DNA of 64,000 nt. Source: an uncultured Chloroflexia bacterium (GTDB lineage Bacteria; Chloroflexota; Limnocylindria; QHBO01). The DNA lies in the NCBI GenBank assembly GCA_963806695.1, contig CAWDYT010000002.1:3968-67967 (forward strand). The letters are read 5' to 3'. Below are positions 9,888-22,399 of this stretch, in pieces. The notes beneath the pieces are model-generated. The model was given only the letters and a program-made list of their open reading frames with translations. It was not told where the DNA came from and ran no database searches. The position numbers and the translations under genes are program-made. Each line of letters begins with the position of its first letter. Position 1 is the stretch's first letter.

Positions 9888-11181
9888 ATGACCCACCGAA
9901 CACTGCGCATGCCGGCCTCGATGGCCGTCGCCGCGCTCCTGCTCACCGCCTGTGGCAGCGGCTTCGAGTCCGATGCCCCAGCCTCGGACGCGCCGGAGTC
10001 GGAGGCACCCGGCGCGTCGACGGCCGCGCAGTGCCGCCGCCGAGCCCGGTGCCGACCTGACGATCCTCATCGGGTCGTCCGGCGACGCCGAGACGGACAT
10101 CGTGAACCAACTGGTCGCCGAGTGGTCGGCCGAGTCCGGCGTCGAAGCCGAGGTCGTCGTCGCGTCGGACCTCAACCAGCAGCTGTCGCAGGGCTTCAGC
10201 TCGAACAACCCGCCCGACCTGTTCTACCTGTCGACCGACCAGATGGCCGCGTACGCCGCCACCGACTCGCTCGAGCCGTACGCGGAGAACCTCTCGAACG
10301 CCGACGACTTCTATCCGAACCTGCGCGAGGCGTTCACCTACGACGGCCAGTTCATGTGCGCGCCGAAGGACTTCTCGACCCTGGCGCTCATCATCAACTC
10401 CGACATGTGGGCAGAGGCCGGCCTGACCGATGACGACATCCCCACGACGTGGGAGGAGCTCACCGCCGTCGCCGAGCAGCTGACCACCGACGAGCACGTC
10501 GGCCTGGCCTACGGGCCGGAGGTCCAGCGCGTCGGCGTCTTCATGGCGCAGGCGGGTGGTGCGTTCGTCGACGAGGACGGCACCACGGCCGTGGTCGACT
10601 CACCGGAGAACGCCGAGGCGCTCCAGTACGTCAAGGACCAGATGGCGGCCGGCATCGTTTGCGTTCTCGAACGACGAGCGCATCGACGCGGGCTGGGGCG
10701 GCGAGGCGTTCGGCATCGGCAAGGCGGCCATGGTGATCGAGGGCAACTGGATCGCCGGCGCCATGACGAACGACTTCCCGGACGTCAACTACGTCGTGGC
10801 CGAGCTGCCGGAAGGACCGGCCGGCCCGGCACGATCCAGTACACGAACTGCTGGGGCATGGCCGCGCTGTCGGACAACATCCCCGGCGCGACGTCCCTGG
10901 TCGAGCACCTGACGAGCACCGAGTCGCAGCTGGCCGCGGCCGAGGCCTTCGGCGTGATGCCGTCGGTGGCATCGGCGGCGGAGGACTGGAAGGCGGCGTA
11001 CCCGGAGTTCGCGGCGTTCATCGATGGCGCCGAGTACGCCATCAACCTCCCGTCGCAGCCGGGCACGGGCGACGTGATCGGCGACTTCAACGCCCAGCTC
11101 GCGACGCTGTCGTCGACGGAGCCCGAGACGATCCTGGCCAGCGTCAGCAGAGCCTGCAGGCACGCCCTCGACAGTCAGTAG
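9888..11181 (+). CDS. Sugar ABC transporter substrate-binding lipoprotein (several frameshifts)
   Basis: Lipobox LLLTAC; PPDLFY, PTTWEEL, GKAAMVIEGNW spread across frames. Confidence 0.85.
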
Positions 11182-11291
11182 GCTCTCCTCCACGGTCCGA
11201 GGTGGCGCGTCCGCGCGTCGCCTCGGACCGGTCCACCTCGGACCCGACGGCACCCGGATGGTGCTGACCTCGTTCACCGGTTGAGGGCGAG

Positions 11292-12330
11292 ATGGCTGGA
11301 ACGCGGCCGCGCGGCTCGATCCACGGCAATCGCGCCCTGGCGGGGTGGCTGTTCGTCACCCCGGCCATCGTCATCGTCGGCCTGTTCGTGCTCGTGCCGG
11401 TCGTGATGGCCGCGTGGGTGAGCATGTCGGACTGGTCGGGGATCGGTCCGCCATTCGCTGAGGGCGTGAACTTCGTCGGCGTCGAGAACTACGCCGAGCT
11501 GCTCGGCGGGACCGGCCTCGCCACGCGAGATCTCGGCACCGCGCTCCGCAACAACCTGTTCTACGTGCTCCTCGTCGTCCCGCTCCAGACGGCCGTCGCG
11601 CTCGGGCTGGCGATCCTCGTCAACCGGCGGGTCATGCGCGCCCGCGGCTTCTTCCGCACCGCGTTCTACTTCCCGTCGGTCACCTCGTCGGTCGCGATCG
11701 TCGTGCTGTGGCTCTTCCTGTTCAGCGCCACCGGACCGGTGAACAAGGTGCTCAGCTGGGTCTGGATCGAGGGCCCGAACTGGTTCCAGGACCCGCGCGG
11801 CATCTTCCACATCGCCCTCGGCGCCTTCGGCGTGACCGGCCAGGACAACCCGCTCGCAGCGGTGACGTTCCTGGGGATCAGCGGCTGGGACTGGATCGCC
11901 GGCCCGTCGGTCGCCATGTCGCGCATTCATCCTCATGGCGGTCTTCACCACCTCGGGCACGTTCATGCTCCTCTTCATCGCCGGCCTCCAGCAGATCAAC
12001 GCCGAGGTCGAGGAGGCGGCCATGACCGATGGCGCGAACGGCTGGCAGCGCTTCCGGTACGTCACGCTGCCGATGCTCAAGCCGATTGTCTTCACCGTGG
12101 TCACCCTCGGGCTGATCGGGACGTGGCAGGTCTTCGAGCAGATCTACACGGGCACGCAGGGTGGCCCGGCGAAGACGACGCTGACGCCGGCCTACCTGTC
12201 GTTCAACTCGGCCTTCAACAACCAGGAGTGGCCGCGCGGCGCGGCCATCGCCTTCATCCTGTTCGCGATCATCGTGGTCCTCACCGTGCTCCAGCGGCTG
12301 TGGCTCGGGCGGACGGAGGTGGGACGATGA
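11292..12330 (+). CDS. Carbohydrate ABC transporter permease 1 (frameshift ~11925)
   Basis: GWLFVTPA, FVGVENY, EAAMTDGANGWQRFRYVTLPML (EAA loop). Confidence 0.88.
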
Positions 12331-13164
12331 GCACTCGACGCGAGCGCGCTGCTGGCGTGGGCGCCGTTCGTCGTCCTCATCGTGCTGGCGATCATCTACA
12401 TCGCGCCGTTCCTCATCCAGATCGTCAACTCGTTCCGACCGGACGCGGATGTCGTTCGCGAGCCGCTGTCCCTCGGGATCGGGACCTGGACCGCGGCGGC
12501 CTACGAGCGGTTGTTCACCCGCAGTGACTTCCCGTTGTGGACGATGAACTCGTTCATCGTCACCCTCTGCGTCACGCTGGGCCGGGTCTTCTTCGTCAGC
12601 CTGGCGGGCTACGCGCTGGCGCGCATCCCGTTCCGAGGGCGTGGCATCGTGTACGCCGTGCTCATCGCGGTCATGGCGGTCCCGGGCGTGGTGCTGCTGA
12701 TCCCGAAGTTCCTCGTCATCAACCAGCTCGGCATGTACGACTCGTACGCGGGAATGATCATCCCCCTGCTGGCCGATGCCGCCGGCGTGTTCATCATGAA
12801 GAACTTCTTCGAGTCGATCCCGGTCGCCGTCGAGGAGCAGGCGCGGATCGATGGAGCGGGCGTGTTCCGCACGTTCTGGTCGATCGTGCTGCCGATGTCG
12901 CTGCCGGCGGTGATGACGATCGTCATCCTGTCGTTCCAGGGATCGTGGAACGAGCTGAGCCACTTCATCGTGTCGACCCAGAGCACCGAGCTGACGACGC
13001 TCACGAAGGGCGTCGCGCAGCTCGCGTCCGGGCAGCTGAGCCAGGGCTCGCAGTTCCCGATCAAGCTCGCCGCCGCGCTGCTCATGACCATCCCGGTCGC
13101 CGTCGTGTTCTTCATCTTCCAGAAGCGGATCATGAACGTCAGCGCCGGGGCGGTGAAGGAGTAA
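12327..13164 (+). CDS. Carbohydrate ABC transporter permease 2
   Basis: LAGYALARIPF, EEQARIDGAG, FQGSWNE. Confidence 0.9.
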
Positions 13165-16100
13165 GGCCCTCGGCCGTGGTTCGATCGAGGCCTGGCTCGG
13201 CAGCCACGTTCAGCCGGCTGGTCGGAACGCGCGGCACGTGGATCTCGCCGGCGATGATCTTCGCCTTGAGACCCTCGAGGTCAGCGCGAATGTCGTCGAT
13301 GTAGCCGCCGCTGTAGGACAGGTCCGACGCCCCCGACTCGAGGCCCCAATTCCACACGCCTGGCGTGAACTTGCCGTGCGCGTGCTCGGCCACCACGGCA
13401 TAGGCCAGCGCGTCGATTCCCTTCAGGACGGACGTAAGGATGTGTGCACGCCAGGCCTCGGCGTTCGTGGCGCCCGCCAACCGCGGTACGGTTTCGTATT
13501 GGTCCGTATCGACGCCGATCGCCCACAGCTGGCGGCCCTCCGCCTCCGAGTACTGGGTCGCCGCGTCGAACAGGCCGAGCCCGGCGTTCCCGGCTGCGTG
13601 GAAGATGACATCCGCGCCGTCCCGATACATCTCGAGCGCGGTGCTGCGCGCCACGTCCATGTCGTCGAAACCGCTGAAATTGGGCCAGGCGGCCAGGTAC
13701 TCGACGAGGATCGTGATGTCCGGGTCCACGGCCCGCGCCCCGGCCTCATAGCCAGCCTCGAACTGCCAGATGCCGACCGCGTCGACTCCCCCGATGAAGC
13801 CGATGATGCCGGACCGGGTCTTCATCGCCGCGGCGGCGCCGGCGAGGAACGACGGCTCCGAATCAATCGACGTGAGGTAGGCCACGTTTGGTTCCGTGCC
13901 CTCCTGCCCGATGAAACCGAGGGCAAAGTGCGTGTCGGGGTATTCGCGCGCGACAACCTCGACTGCCTCGACGGGAACGGTGTCCATGATGATCAGGCCC
14001 ACGCCTTTCCTCGCCAATCGACGCATCTCGTCCTGCTGGGCCTGCACCCGAATCGCCCGTCCTTCCTCGTCGGTCAACCCATCCCGCCAGCCATCGCCGT
14101 GCTGCTCGGTCAGCGTCGACACAAGGTCATCAATTGAGAACTTCTGGCCGACCAGGCCGAACTCGGTCACCGCGCGGTCGAAGCCAGTTACCGCCTGAAG
14201 ACTCGTCAACCACTCCTGATTGGTCCAGAGGTAGGCTACGGGCGCCTCGGCACGGCGTCGTTCCAGGCCCGCCGCGAGGAAGTCTCGCTCGCGGGTGGTG
14301 AGCTGCAGGCTTCCCTCGCTGCTCCACGTCTCGAACTCGGCGAGGCGGCTTCCGGTCAGCAGGTAATCGGCATTCCGCTCGGAAAGGTCCCACTCCTCGA
14401 CGGCGGCCAGCAGCGCATCGCGACGGCGCAGGGCGGCGCGGTGGCGGTCGATCCAGCCGGCCAGCCGCTCCCATTCGGTGAGCAGCGCCTCGTGCGCCAT
14501 CTCGACCGTCGCCTGCGCCGGTCGCCGGATCGTGGTCGAAGGTCATCAGCCGATGCCGCCCGAACGCCGTCAGCACCGTCGACAGGATGACCGCATCGGT
14601 GCCCAGATCCGTCAGCTCGGACAGGGTCAGCCATCGGCGGATGTCGGCGCGTGCCACGACCCAGGCGCACCATCCGCAGGAAGACCTGGGTGGCGATCTG
14701 CTGCTCATCGGCGCTCAGGGCCGAGGAAGGTCGCCTCTGCGCGACGCGACAGGACGCCGCGCAGGCCGCCGAGGGCCGCGTAGCCGGCACGGGTCAGCAT
14801 CGGCCCCGATGCGCTGCTCGAACAGCTCGGTCAGGGCGTACTGAAGCAGCGGCAGGCTGCCAGGGCGTGCCACCGACTCGGCGACCAGCTCGGCCAGCAG
14901 GGCCGGCTCGACCGTCACGCCAACCTGCTCGGCCGGCTCGACCACGGCCGCCTCCAGCTCGCCGGCCGTCATCGGCAGGACGTGAACCACGCCAGGAATG
15001 AAGGCCGCGCTGAACTCGGGGTGCTGAAGTGGGCGGTCGTAGAAGTCGGCGCGCAGTGTCAGGATGACGGTGAGCTGCCCGTCGGGGTCGCGAAGCTCCG
15101 CCGTCAGCGCCGCAGGAACTGGTTGCGCCGCGACTCTTCCGCGGCGGTGAAGAGCTGCTCGAACTGGTCGAGGACCAGCGCCACGCGCGCGGCGGTGCTT
15201 GCCGGGAGCAGCCGGCCCTCCTGCGGCTGCGTGCCCGTAGCACGTGTCACGGCGGCGCGGACCTCGCCCATCGGGTCCGCCGTCGAGCGTCAGCGGCACG
15301 ATCACCCACCGCTCCGACCCGGCGACCGCCCCTTCGCGCAGGCGGGGCGTCAGCCCAGCCGCGACGACGCTCGACTTGCCGGACCCCGATGGCCCGACCA
15401 GCGCGATCAGTCGTTGGCCGCTCGTCCAGCGACCCGACCAGCCGCTCGACGAGCGCCTCGCGCCCGAAGAAGTCGTCGGCGTCGTGCTCACCGAAGGGCT
15501 GCAGGCCCTTGTACGGGTTGCGCGTCGCGACGCGCTCTGGCTCGCCTTGGGGCATGGGCAGGAGAGAGGGGTCGTGCAGCAGCACCCGGTCGCGCAGCCG
15601 CTGCAGCGGCGGGGAGGGCTCCAGGCCGAGCTCGTCGACGCAGCAGCTCGCGCAGCTTCTCGTAGTTGCGCAGCGCCTCCGCGTGCCGGCCGGATCGGTA
15701 CAGCGCGACCATCAGCAGCTCGCGCGAGCGCTCGCGCAGCGGGTCTTCGCGGATCGCCGCCTCGAGCAGCGGGATGACCTCGCTGGTGCGTCCCAGCGTC
15801 GAGCTCCGCGGACGCGAGCGTCTCGATCGCGTCGAGGTGCAGGTCGTGCAAGCGCCGGACGTACGGCTGCGCGAACTCCTCGTACGCGAAGTCGGAGAGG
15901 GCAGGCCCCCGCCACAGCTCCAGCGCCGATCGAAGGGTGGCGATAGCCTTGTCGGGCTCACCACCGCTGAGGTGCGCCGCGCCCTGCTGGACCAGCGCCT
16001 CGAACTGCTTGGCATCGACCGTCTCGGGCGGCGTATCCAGCTGGTAGCCAGGCGGGCGCGTCAGGATCAGCCGTCGGCCGGCGAGCGGCCTCAAGGGACT

Positions 16101-16311
16101 TGCGCAGGTCGGAGACGTAGATCTGGATCGAGTGCGCCGCCGTGCGTGGCGGCTCCTCACCCCACAGCAGCTCGATCAGGCGGTCGACAGAGACGATCTC
16201 GCCCACGTGCAGCAACAGGATCGCGAGCACCGCTCGCTGCTTCGGCGGACCGATCTCGACGACCGTTCCGCCGGCTCCCGCCTCCAGCGCGCCAAGGAGT
16301 CGAAACTGCAT
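13139..16311 (-). CDS. SARP (wHTH+BTAD) - nSTAND1 NTPase - BMP/PnrA-like ligand-binding domain fusion (multiple frameshifts)
   Basis: MQFRLLGALE...KQRAVLAILLL (wHTH), LELWRGPALSD / DPLRER (BTAD), NPYKGLQPF, GPSGSGKSS, ILTLRADFY, LPLLQYALTELF, AHEALLTEWERL; C-terminal FLAGAAAA..GFIGG..ADVIFHAAG..IGVDTDQ (BMP). Confidence 0.8.
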
Positions 16312-16492
16312 CTGGGCGTCCCCTGATCCGGCAACCATCGTGGGGTGACCGCAGGCATCGGTCAAGAACTCTTGCCATCGTCGACCGTGCGCTCTAGGCC
16401 CGCTCTAGAGCCACGCGGCGGTCGTCGCGTTCGACGATTCTTCGACGAGGACCCAACGCAGGCTCATCGGCCGTCGTCTCTATGGTGTGGAC

Positions 16493-17041
16493 ATGACGGA
16501 GCGGATCGGCATTGCGACGGTTCGCGACGAGGATCTCGTGAAGCGCGCCGCAGCCGGCGACGTTGACGCGTTCGAAGCGTTGGTGGCGGCCCGGCTCAGC
16601 CGGGCCGTTCGGACTGCCTCCGCGATCCTCGGCGGTGAGGCCGATGCGCACGACGTCGTCCAGGAGGCCTTCGTGGCGACCTGGCGTCATCTTCCCAGGC
16701 TCCGTGACAACACCAGGTTCGACGCATGGTTGAACAAGATGATCGTGAACCGCTGCCGCGACATGCTCCGGCGCAGGCGGCGTTCTCGCGAGGTCGGCCT
16801 CGATGGCGCGCAGGACCTCCGGAGCCAGGACACGACAGGCCCTGCGGCCGACATGGCCGCACTGAACAGCGCGTTCGATCGGCTGAGCGTGGAGCACAGG
16901 CATCTCCTTGTGATGCATCACCTGCATCGGGTTCCCGTCGCGGATCTCGCGATTGAGCTCGGCATTCCCGAGGGCACGGCGAAGTGGCGGCTGCATGCCG
17001 CTCGAGCGGCGCTCACGCGCGCGTTGGAGGCGGACCGATGA
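16493..17041 (+). CDS. ECF RNA polymerase sigma factor
   Basis: GDVDAFEALV, DVVQEAF, FDAWL, LGIPEGTAKWRLH. Confidence 0.92.
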   Translation: MTERIGIATVRDEDLVKRAAAGDVDAFEALVAARLSRAVRTASAILGGEADAHDVVQEAFVATWRHLPRLRDNTRFDAWLNKMIVNRCRDMLRRRRRSREVGLDGAQDLRSQDTTGPAADMAALNSAFDRLSVEHRHLLVMHHLHRVPVADLAIELGIPEGTAKWRLHAARAALTRALEADR

Positions 17042-18918
17042 GCGAGCGTTCTGAACAGCTGACCGACGACGCGATCTCGCAGCTCCTGAGGACCCGCAGC
17101 GTGGATCCGGAGTTGGGCCTGCTGGACGACATCGTGCGCACGGTTGGAGCCACGCCCCAGGATCGTCCCTGGCTCGGGCTCCGGCCGATGCAGTTGCCGG
17201 GGAGGGCCATCCTGATCGCCACCGTCGTGTTGCTCGTCGCCACGATTGGAGCCATCGCCGTCGGTTCCGGACTCCTTCTGCCAAAGCCGGACCCTCTGCC
17301 AAAGGCGGACCTCGGGGTTTTCGAGCCGATCGCCGGCCGGATCGTCTACGAAGCCCAGGACGGCATCCGGGCGGTCGACCCAACCTCTTCCGATCCGGCA
17401 ACGACGGTCCAAGTCGACTTCTGAGCGAGGTACCCCCCTCGGATGGTCGAGCGACGGCACCCGGCTCCTCATCCAAAAGGGCGACGAGAACCTGTTCGTC
17501 CTGCACGCCGACGGGTCGGAGACGCAGGTGACCGAGCAGCTGTCGGGGTTCAACGAGATCCCTGGATCTGCTCGGCCAACTGGCGCCACGATCTCCCCCG
17601 ACGGGTCGCGCGTCGTCTTCGCGGGTCTGACCATGCCATGGGAAGAGGACGCTCCTGCCACGACGGCGCCCTGTTCGCCGTCGACGCTGACGGTGGCCCG
17701 GCCGAGGTGCTCTGGGAGTCTCAGGTACCGCAAAACGGCATCGTGAGGGATCCGACGTTCTCACCGGACGGGACGCAGATCGCGTTCGCCGACGGCTACT
17801 GCGATCAGCGCGCACAGCGTGTGGGTGATGAACGCCGACGGCAGCAACGCGCACCAGATCGTGACCGACGAGATCGACGCGGCGCGGTCACGTGCTACGG
17901 CCTTGCGTGGTCGCCGGCCGGCGATCGGATCGCGCTCGGGTTCGAAGAGGGTATCTATACCTTCGCGACCGACGGCTCAGACTTCACTTGGATCGCCGGC
18001 TTTGACTGGCTCGCCGTTTCCGAAGACGGCACGGGCGTGCCATTCGCGAGCATGGCCACCTCGCCCTACTGGTCGCCCGACGGCTCCCAGATCGCCTACA
18101 CGACCGGGTGCACTGGCGGAGACAACCGAGAGGGATGCACGCTCGCGATTGCCGACGCGGACGGCGCCAACGTGCGGACGTCCGGCGTCGGGATGTCGGG
18201 GCCCTGGCATCCGGGCACTCTGTCGCCTTCGGCCGGGTCGACGGTGGTGTCGTCGCCCTTGTTCGACGCCACGGCACCGCCCTCGGCGGGGCCCTCGTCG
18301 CCGGCCGGCTCCATGCGGCCGCAGTCGAGCCTCGAAGAGGTGCCCCAGTCCCAGGAGCCCGTTGCCGCGGAGTACGGCTTCCTCGACGGCGTCGTGACCT
18401 ACCGCGCGGCCGACCCGCTCGCGCCGAGCCAGGACGGGTACGGTGATGAGGATCGCCTCGCCATTGTCGGCATCCTCCCCGACGACGACGCGCCCCGCCG
18501 GGTCCTGCTGATGCTGGCGGACCCGCGGCCGATCGGACCGGACTGCGTGGAAGCCCCGGCTCCCACCGATGCTGAGGCGCTGGCGCGGGCAATCGGCTCC
18601 GACCCGGACTTCGAGGCTACTGCTCCAATACCGGTGACCATCGGGGGCATCTCGGCCCTGCAGATGGACGTGCTGCTGGCTCCAGGAGCGACCTCCTGCC
18701 CATGGTCGGAACCCGAAATGTCAATGACAAGCCCGCTTCTCCTGGCGCACGCCCCCATCGCTGCGGGGGCAGATCGGGCGCGCCTCTACCTGCTCGATCT
18801 TCCCGGAGGATCGGCCCGAGTCCTGGCGCTCGCGACCATCACTGACGAGGACAGCTTCGAGACCGTGCTGGGGTTCGCCGCGCCGATCGTGGACTCGATC
18901 GAGCTCCACGCGCGCTGA
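17038..18918 (+). CDS. Putative anti-sigma factor with TM and TolB/PD40-like beta-propeller (frameshifts)
   Basis: ATG overlaps the sigma stop; short cytoplasmic N-terminus, one TM, repeated WSPDG/FSPDG motifs. Confidence 0.7.
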
Positions 18919-19014
18919 CGAGATGGCACCTGGGTTCAACCTTCCGCCCAATCGACGATCGACAACTGGGCAACCAATCACGTGGAATCGGAATAACGGA
19001 GGACTCACCCCACC

Positions 19015-19635
19015 ATGAACAGAATCGTGACCGTCGGTCGCGGCCCGGTTGCCGCCGCAGTCATCGCCGTTCTCCTCGGCGCGTGCGGTGGGCCGGGCAG
19101 CCAGCCGACATCCAGCCCAGGGCCAACCGCGACGCCGGAAGCGCCCGCCGAGCCGACGTCGTCGCCGAAAGCCGCTCCGCCGCTGACCCAGAGCTTCACC
19201 TCGACGCAGCATGGGTTTTCAGTGTCGTATCCCGAGGGATGGGACGCTCAAGCGGCGACCGAGCCCTGGACGGATGACACGTTTCCCCTCTCCTTCCCGG
19301 TGCCCCAGGTCGACTGGCTGTCCGACCCGATCCTGACGAGTGACCTGTTCCTGGCCATTGCTTCACAGCCGATCGGCGATTCCACGCCCGAGGATTGGGT
19401 CGCCGAGCAGTTGGCCAGCGAGGAGGGGTGCGGCACGACCGAGCCGATCACCATCGACGGCGGCACTGGGCTGACCGGTTGCACCCTGGCGGCCGTCACA
19501 GCCGCTGGCCGCGGCTACTGGATCCAGCTCTATACCTCTGGCGACGATCCAAGCGCCGTCGCTCCCTACGACCAGACCTGGTTCGAGGAGGTCCTTGCCA
19601 CGGTGCAACTGCATCCCGAGGACGCCGTCGACTGA
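19015..19635 (+). CDS. Lipoprotein (PsbP-like fold possible)
   Basis: GGAGG RBS; lipobox LLGAC; Pro/Thr linker; HGFSVSYPEGW. Confidence 0.75.
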   Translation: MNRIVTVGRGPVAAAVIAVLLGACGGPGSQPTSSPGPTATPEAPAEPTSSPKAAPPLTQSFTSTQHGFSVSYPEGWDAQAATEPWTDDTFPLSFPVPQVDWLSDPILTSDLFLAIASQPIGDSTPEDWVAEQLASEEGCGTTEPITIDGGTGLTGCTLAAVTAAGRGYWIQLYTSGDDPSAVAPYDQTWFEEVLATVQLHPEDAVD

Positions 19636-19682
19636 GGGCCGAGGCCCTCACCGTAGCTCGTCCGTCTGCGGTCTCGTTTCCT

Positions 19683-20120
19683 CTAACGGTCAACCACCGT
19701 GCTGGTCACCGCATCGATGCTCTCGAGCGCGGCTGCCAGGTCGCCGTTGAGACCGAATCGGCGGGCGACCTCGGCGGGTGACCGGTAGCTGACCTTCGTT
19801 TGATATCCGTCCTCCCAGACAACCACTCGCAGGGGCAGGTCGAGTGCGGCCAGCGGTGCGGCGTCGATCGCCGCTGTCGAAACCGACGGGCTGCCGACGA
19901 TGAAGAGCTTCGTGTCCCTCAAGGCGAGCCCAACACTCCTGGCCTCGCTGCCGTGATCGATATCGGCGAACACCTCCATCCCCCGCGCCGCCAGAACGGC
20001 TGCGAGCCGAGCCACGGTGTCGGCGACCGACCATGGACTCACCTTTGTGACGACGGCCTCGTGGCCGGCTTCGGCGCGCTGGTCCGACTCATGTGCACCA
20101 GGGGATGTATCGATTGACAT
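19683..20120 (-). CDS. DUF302 domain protein
   Basis: FADIDH...ALDLPLRVVVWED. Confidence 0.8.
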   Translation of the reverse strand: MSIDTSPGAHESDQRAEAGHEAVVTKVSPWSVADTVARLAAVLAARGMEVFADIDHGSEARSVGLALRDTKLFIVGSPSVSTAAIDAAPLAALDLPLRVVVWEDGYQTKVSYRSPAEVARRFGLNGDLAAALESIDAVTSTVVDR

Positions 20121-20322
20121 CGCGATTCCTGCGTAGGCGTCCCACAGCAATCCTTGGTCGACGGGAGCGCGTCGTCTTGCGTCAGGTGACTCGATCACCC
20201 TGCGGACTCAGATCGCGATGGCCACACACGACGCCGCACAGCGCGCCCGGAAGCTGCGTCCGGATAGCGGCAGGCCCCTATGCTTGCGACGCCTATCGCT
20301 AGCGCCAAAGGGGGGGGACTCA

Positions 20323-20727
20323 GTGAACTGGGCGACCGTCATCCTCCACTGGCTGCACGTGCTGTTCGCCGTCACGTGGTTCGGCGGCCACATCTCGCGG
20401 GTGCTGCTGGTCGAACCGGCGGTACGGACGTTGCCGGAGTCCGCCCAGCAGCAGTTCAACCGCTACGTGGAACGCTATGCCACGCGCATCTACGTGCCGG
20501 TCATCATCGGCGTCGGTGTGACGGGCATCCTGCTCGGGACGATCTTCGGCCCGGTCAAGTCGTTCGAGGCGCTGTTCGGCACTCCCTATGGTCTCACGTT
20601 CCTCGCCGCCATCGCCTTCGGACTGTTGGCCGCCTCCCGCGTAAAACCGGCATGGATGCCTCACGCCGACCTCATTGCCTTCTTCGGCGCATTCACGGCG
20701 ATGATCCTGATGCACTTTGGCCTTTGA
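20323..20727 (+). CDS. Small integral membrane protein (DUF2269-like)
   Basis: LHWLHVLFAVTWFGG; 4 TM. Confidence 0.65.
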   Translation: MNWATVILHWLHVLFAVTWFGGHISRVLLVEPAVRTLPESAQQQFNRYVERYATRIYVPVIIGVGVTGILLGTIFGPVKSFEALFGTPYGLTFLAAIAFGLLAASRVKPAWMPHADLIAFFGAFTAMILMHFGL

Positions 20728-21017
20728 ACGCCGGCGGTATCGCTTGGGCATCGCTTGTGTTTGCCCAGGCCTCGCACACGTCCGCAAGACGACGGACGGC
20801 GAGCGCCTCAGCCGCGGGGGCGCGGAGGCCGCCGGCAGATCCACGCGGATCGTCGCCGACTCGGCCATTTCGGCCACCAGTCCGTACCTAACCATCATCC
20901 GTGCTCATTTCGCGACTTGTTGACGCGCAGTCCTACCATGGCTCCACCACGGGGCGCTGAGGGGTGCGCCGTCGAGAGGACCTGGAGAGGGGTGTCGGAA
21001 TGGTTGGGTCGAGGGTA

Positions 21018-21944
21018 ATGCCGCACGCTGCCAAACTCGCCACGGCGGCCGTGGTGCTCAGCCTACTTTCGCTGCTGGTGTTGGCTCGGCCGGTGGCGGC
21101 CGTGCAGGCTGACCTGTTCGTCGATCTTACCGGCGCCGCCGAGGTCCCCGGTCCGGGTGATCCCGATGGGGCGGGGACTGCGTTGGTCTATCTCGACTCG
21201 GATGCCGGACAACTCTGCTATGCGCTGTTCGTCGAGAACATCGCGACCGCCACTGTCGCGCACATCCATCCCGGCGCCGCAGGTGAGGCCAACCCACCGG
21301 TCATCACCCTAACGGCTCCGGCCGACGGCAGCAGCGGCGGATGCGTTGACGCCGATCCCGCGGTGCTGGAAGACATCGCGGCCAACCCGGCCGCGTATTA
21401 CGTAAACGTCCACAACGACGAGTTTCAAAACGGCGCAATCCGCGGGCAGCTCCAAGCAAGTGAGACGGCCGACCTGTGCTTCCTGGTCGCCGCCGTCGAC
21501 CCCGGCCCGGACACCGAGGGCAGCGTCGATCTCGACGTGACGGTGGGCCAAGAGCTGACGTTCTGGGGCTACTTCGTGCCCGATGCGACCGTGAACCTGA
21601 ACGTGTTCATCGACGGTGTCGAGTTCGGCGACTGGACGCCGGCCACTGCCGACGCCGAAGGCTACGTTGAGTTCCTGTTCACTCCGGATCGGCCAGGTGA
21701 TTGGGGCGTCGAGGCGGGTGTAGCGGACACCATCTGCGCTGCTGGGGTCGAACTCACGGTGTCTGCCGCCGCGGCACCGACACCGGCGCCCAGCCAGCCC
21801 TCAAGCGCGCCGCCTGCAGCCCCGGTGCTGCCGGACACCGCATCGCGCGGTGGCGAGGCACCGGCTGAGCCTGCGCTACTCGCGCTGCTGCTGGCGAGCG
21901 GGGTGACTGTCGTTGCGGTTGTGCGGCGACGGATACGGGGTTGA
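21018..21944 (+). CDS. Secreted CHRD-domain protein with C-terminal sorting-like signal
   Basis: LTGAAEVPGPGDPDG, AHIH, YYVNVHNDEFQNGAIRGQL; ends LPDTA + TM + RRR. Confidence 0.82.
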   Translation: MPHAAKLATAAVVLSLLSLLVLARPVAAVQADLFVDLTGAAEVPGPGDPDGAGTALVYLDSDAGQLCYALFVENIATATVAHIHPGAAGEANPPVITLTAPADGSSGGCVDADPAVLEDIAANPAAYYVNVHNDEFQNGAIRGQLQASETADLCFLVAAVDPGPDTEGSVDLDVTVGQELTFWGYFVPDATVNLNVFIDGVEFGDWTPATADAEGYVEFLFTPDRPGDWGVEAGVADTICAAGVELTVSAAAAPTPAPSQPSSAPPAAPVLPDTASRGGEAPAEPALLALLLASGVTVVAVVRRRIRG

Positions 21945-22399
21945 AGTGTTCTGGCGTGCAGAACGATCCGCCGGTTCTGAGCAACGCGGGGTAGGGGTAC
22001 CTTGAGGGAGTCGAAGCCCGCGCCCTCACCCCGCCAGCCATGAGTCCGTAGAGGTAGGCCCGACCGACGAGGACGGCGCGAGCGCCGCGAGGGTCGGTGC
22101 GTCGGGATAGCGGCGGCTTCCGTCTCCTTGCCGCTAGGCAGGACGGTGCGATCGCTCCTCCTTCGCCGGCGACGCTGACCCATGTATCGCGACCACGGCG
22201 AGGCCGTCACCTCGCCCGTTTGGTTCCGCGTGGCCAACCCATCGACGTCGTTATCAGCTCTCCTCGGTGGACCGTCCAGGCGCTACCGAGCTCGGAATGG
22301 GGCATCCCTGCGCAGACTGGGTGACTCGGTCATTTGGCCGATGACGGACAGCTCCGCTCGACCGACGATGGGCATCCCCGTCACTCATTTGAGGACCCC

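Noticed and set aside
19651-19659. ccgtagctc, a 9-nt match to the tRNA 5' end
   Set aside because: Too short, with no flank or arm similarity.
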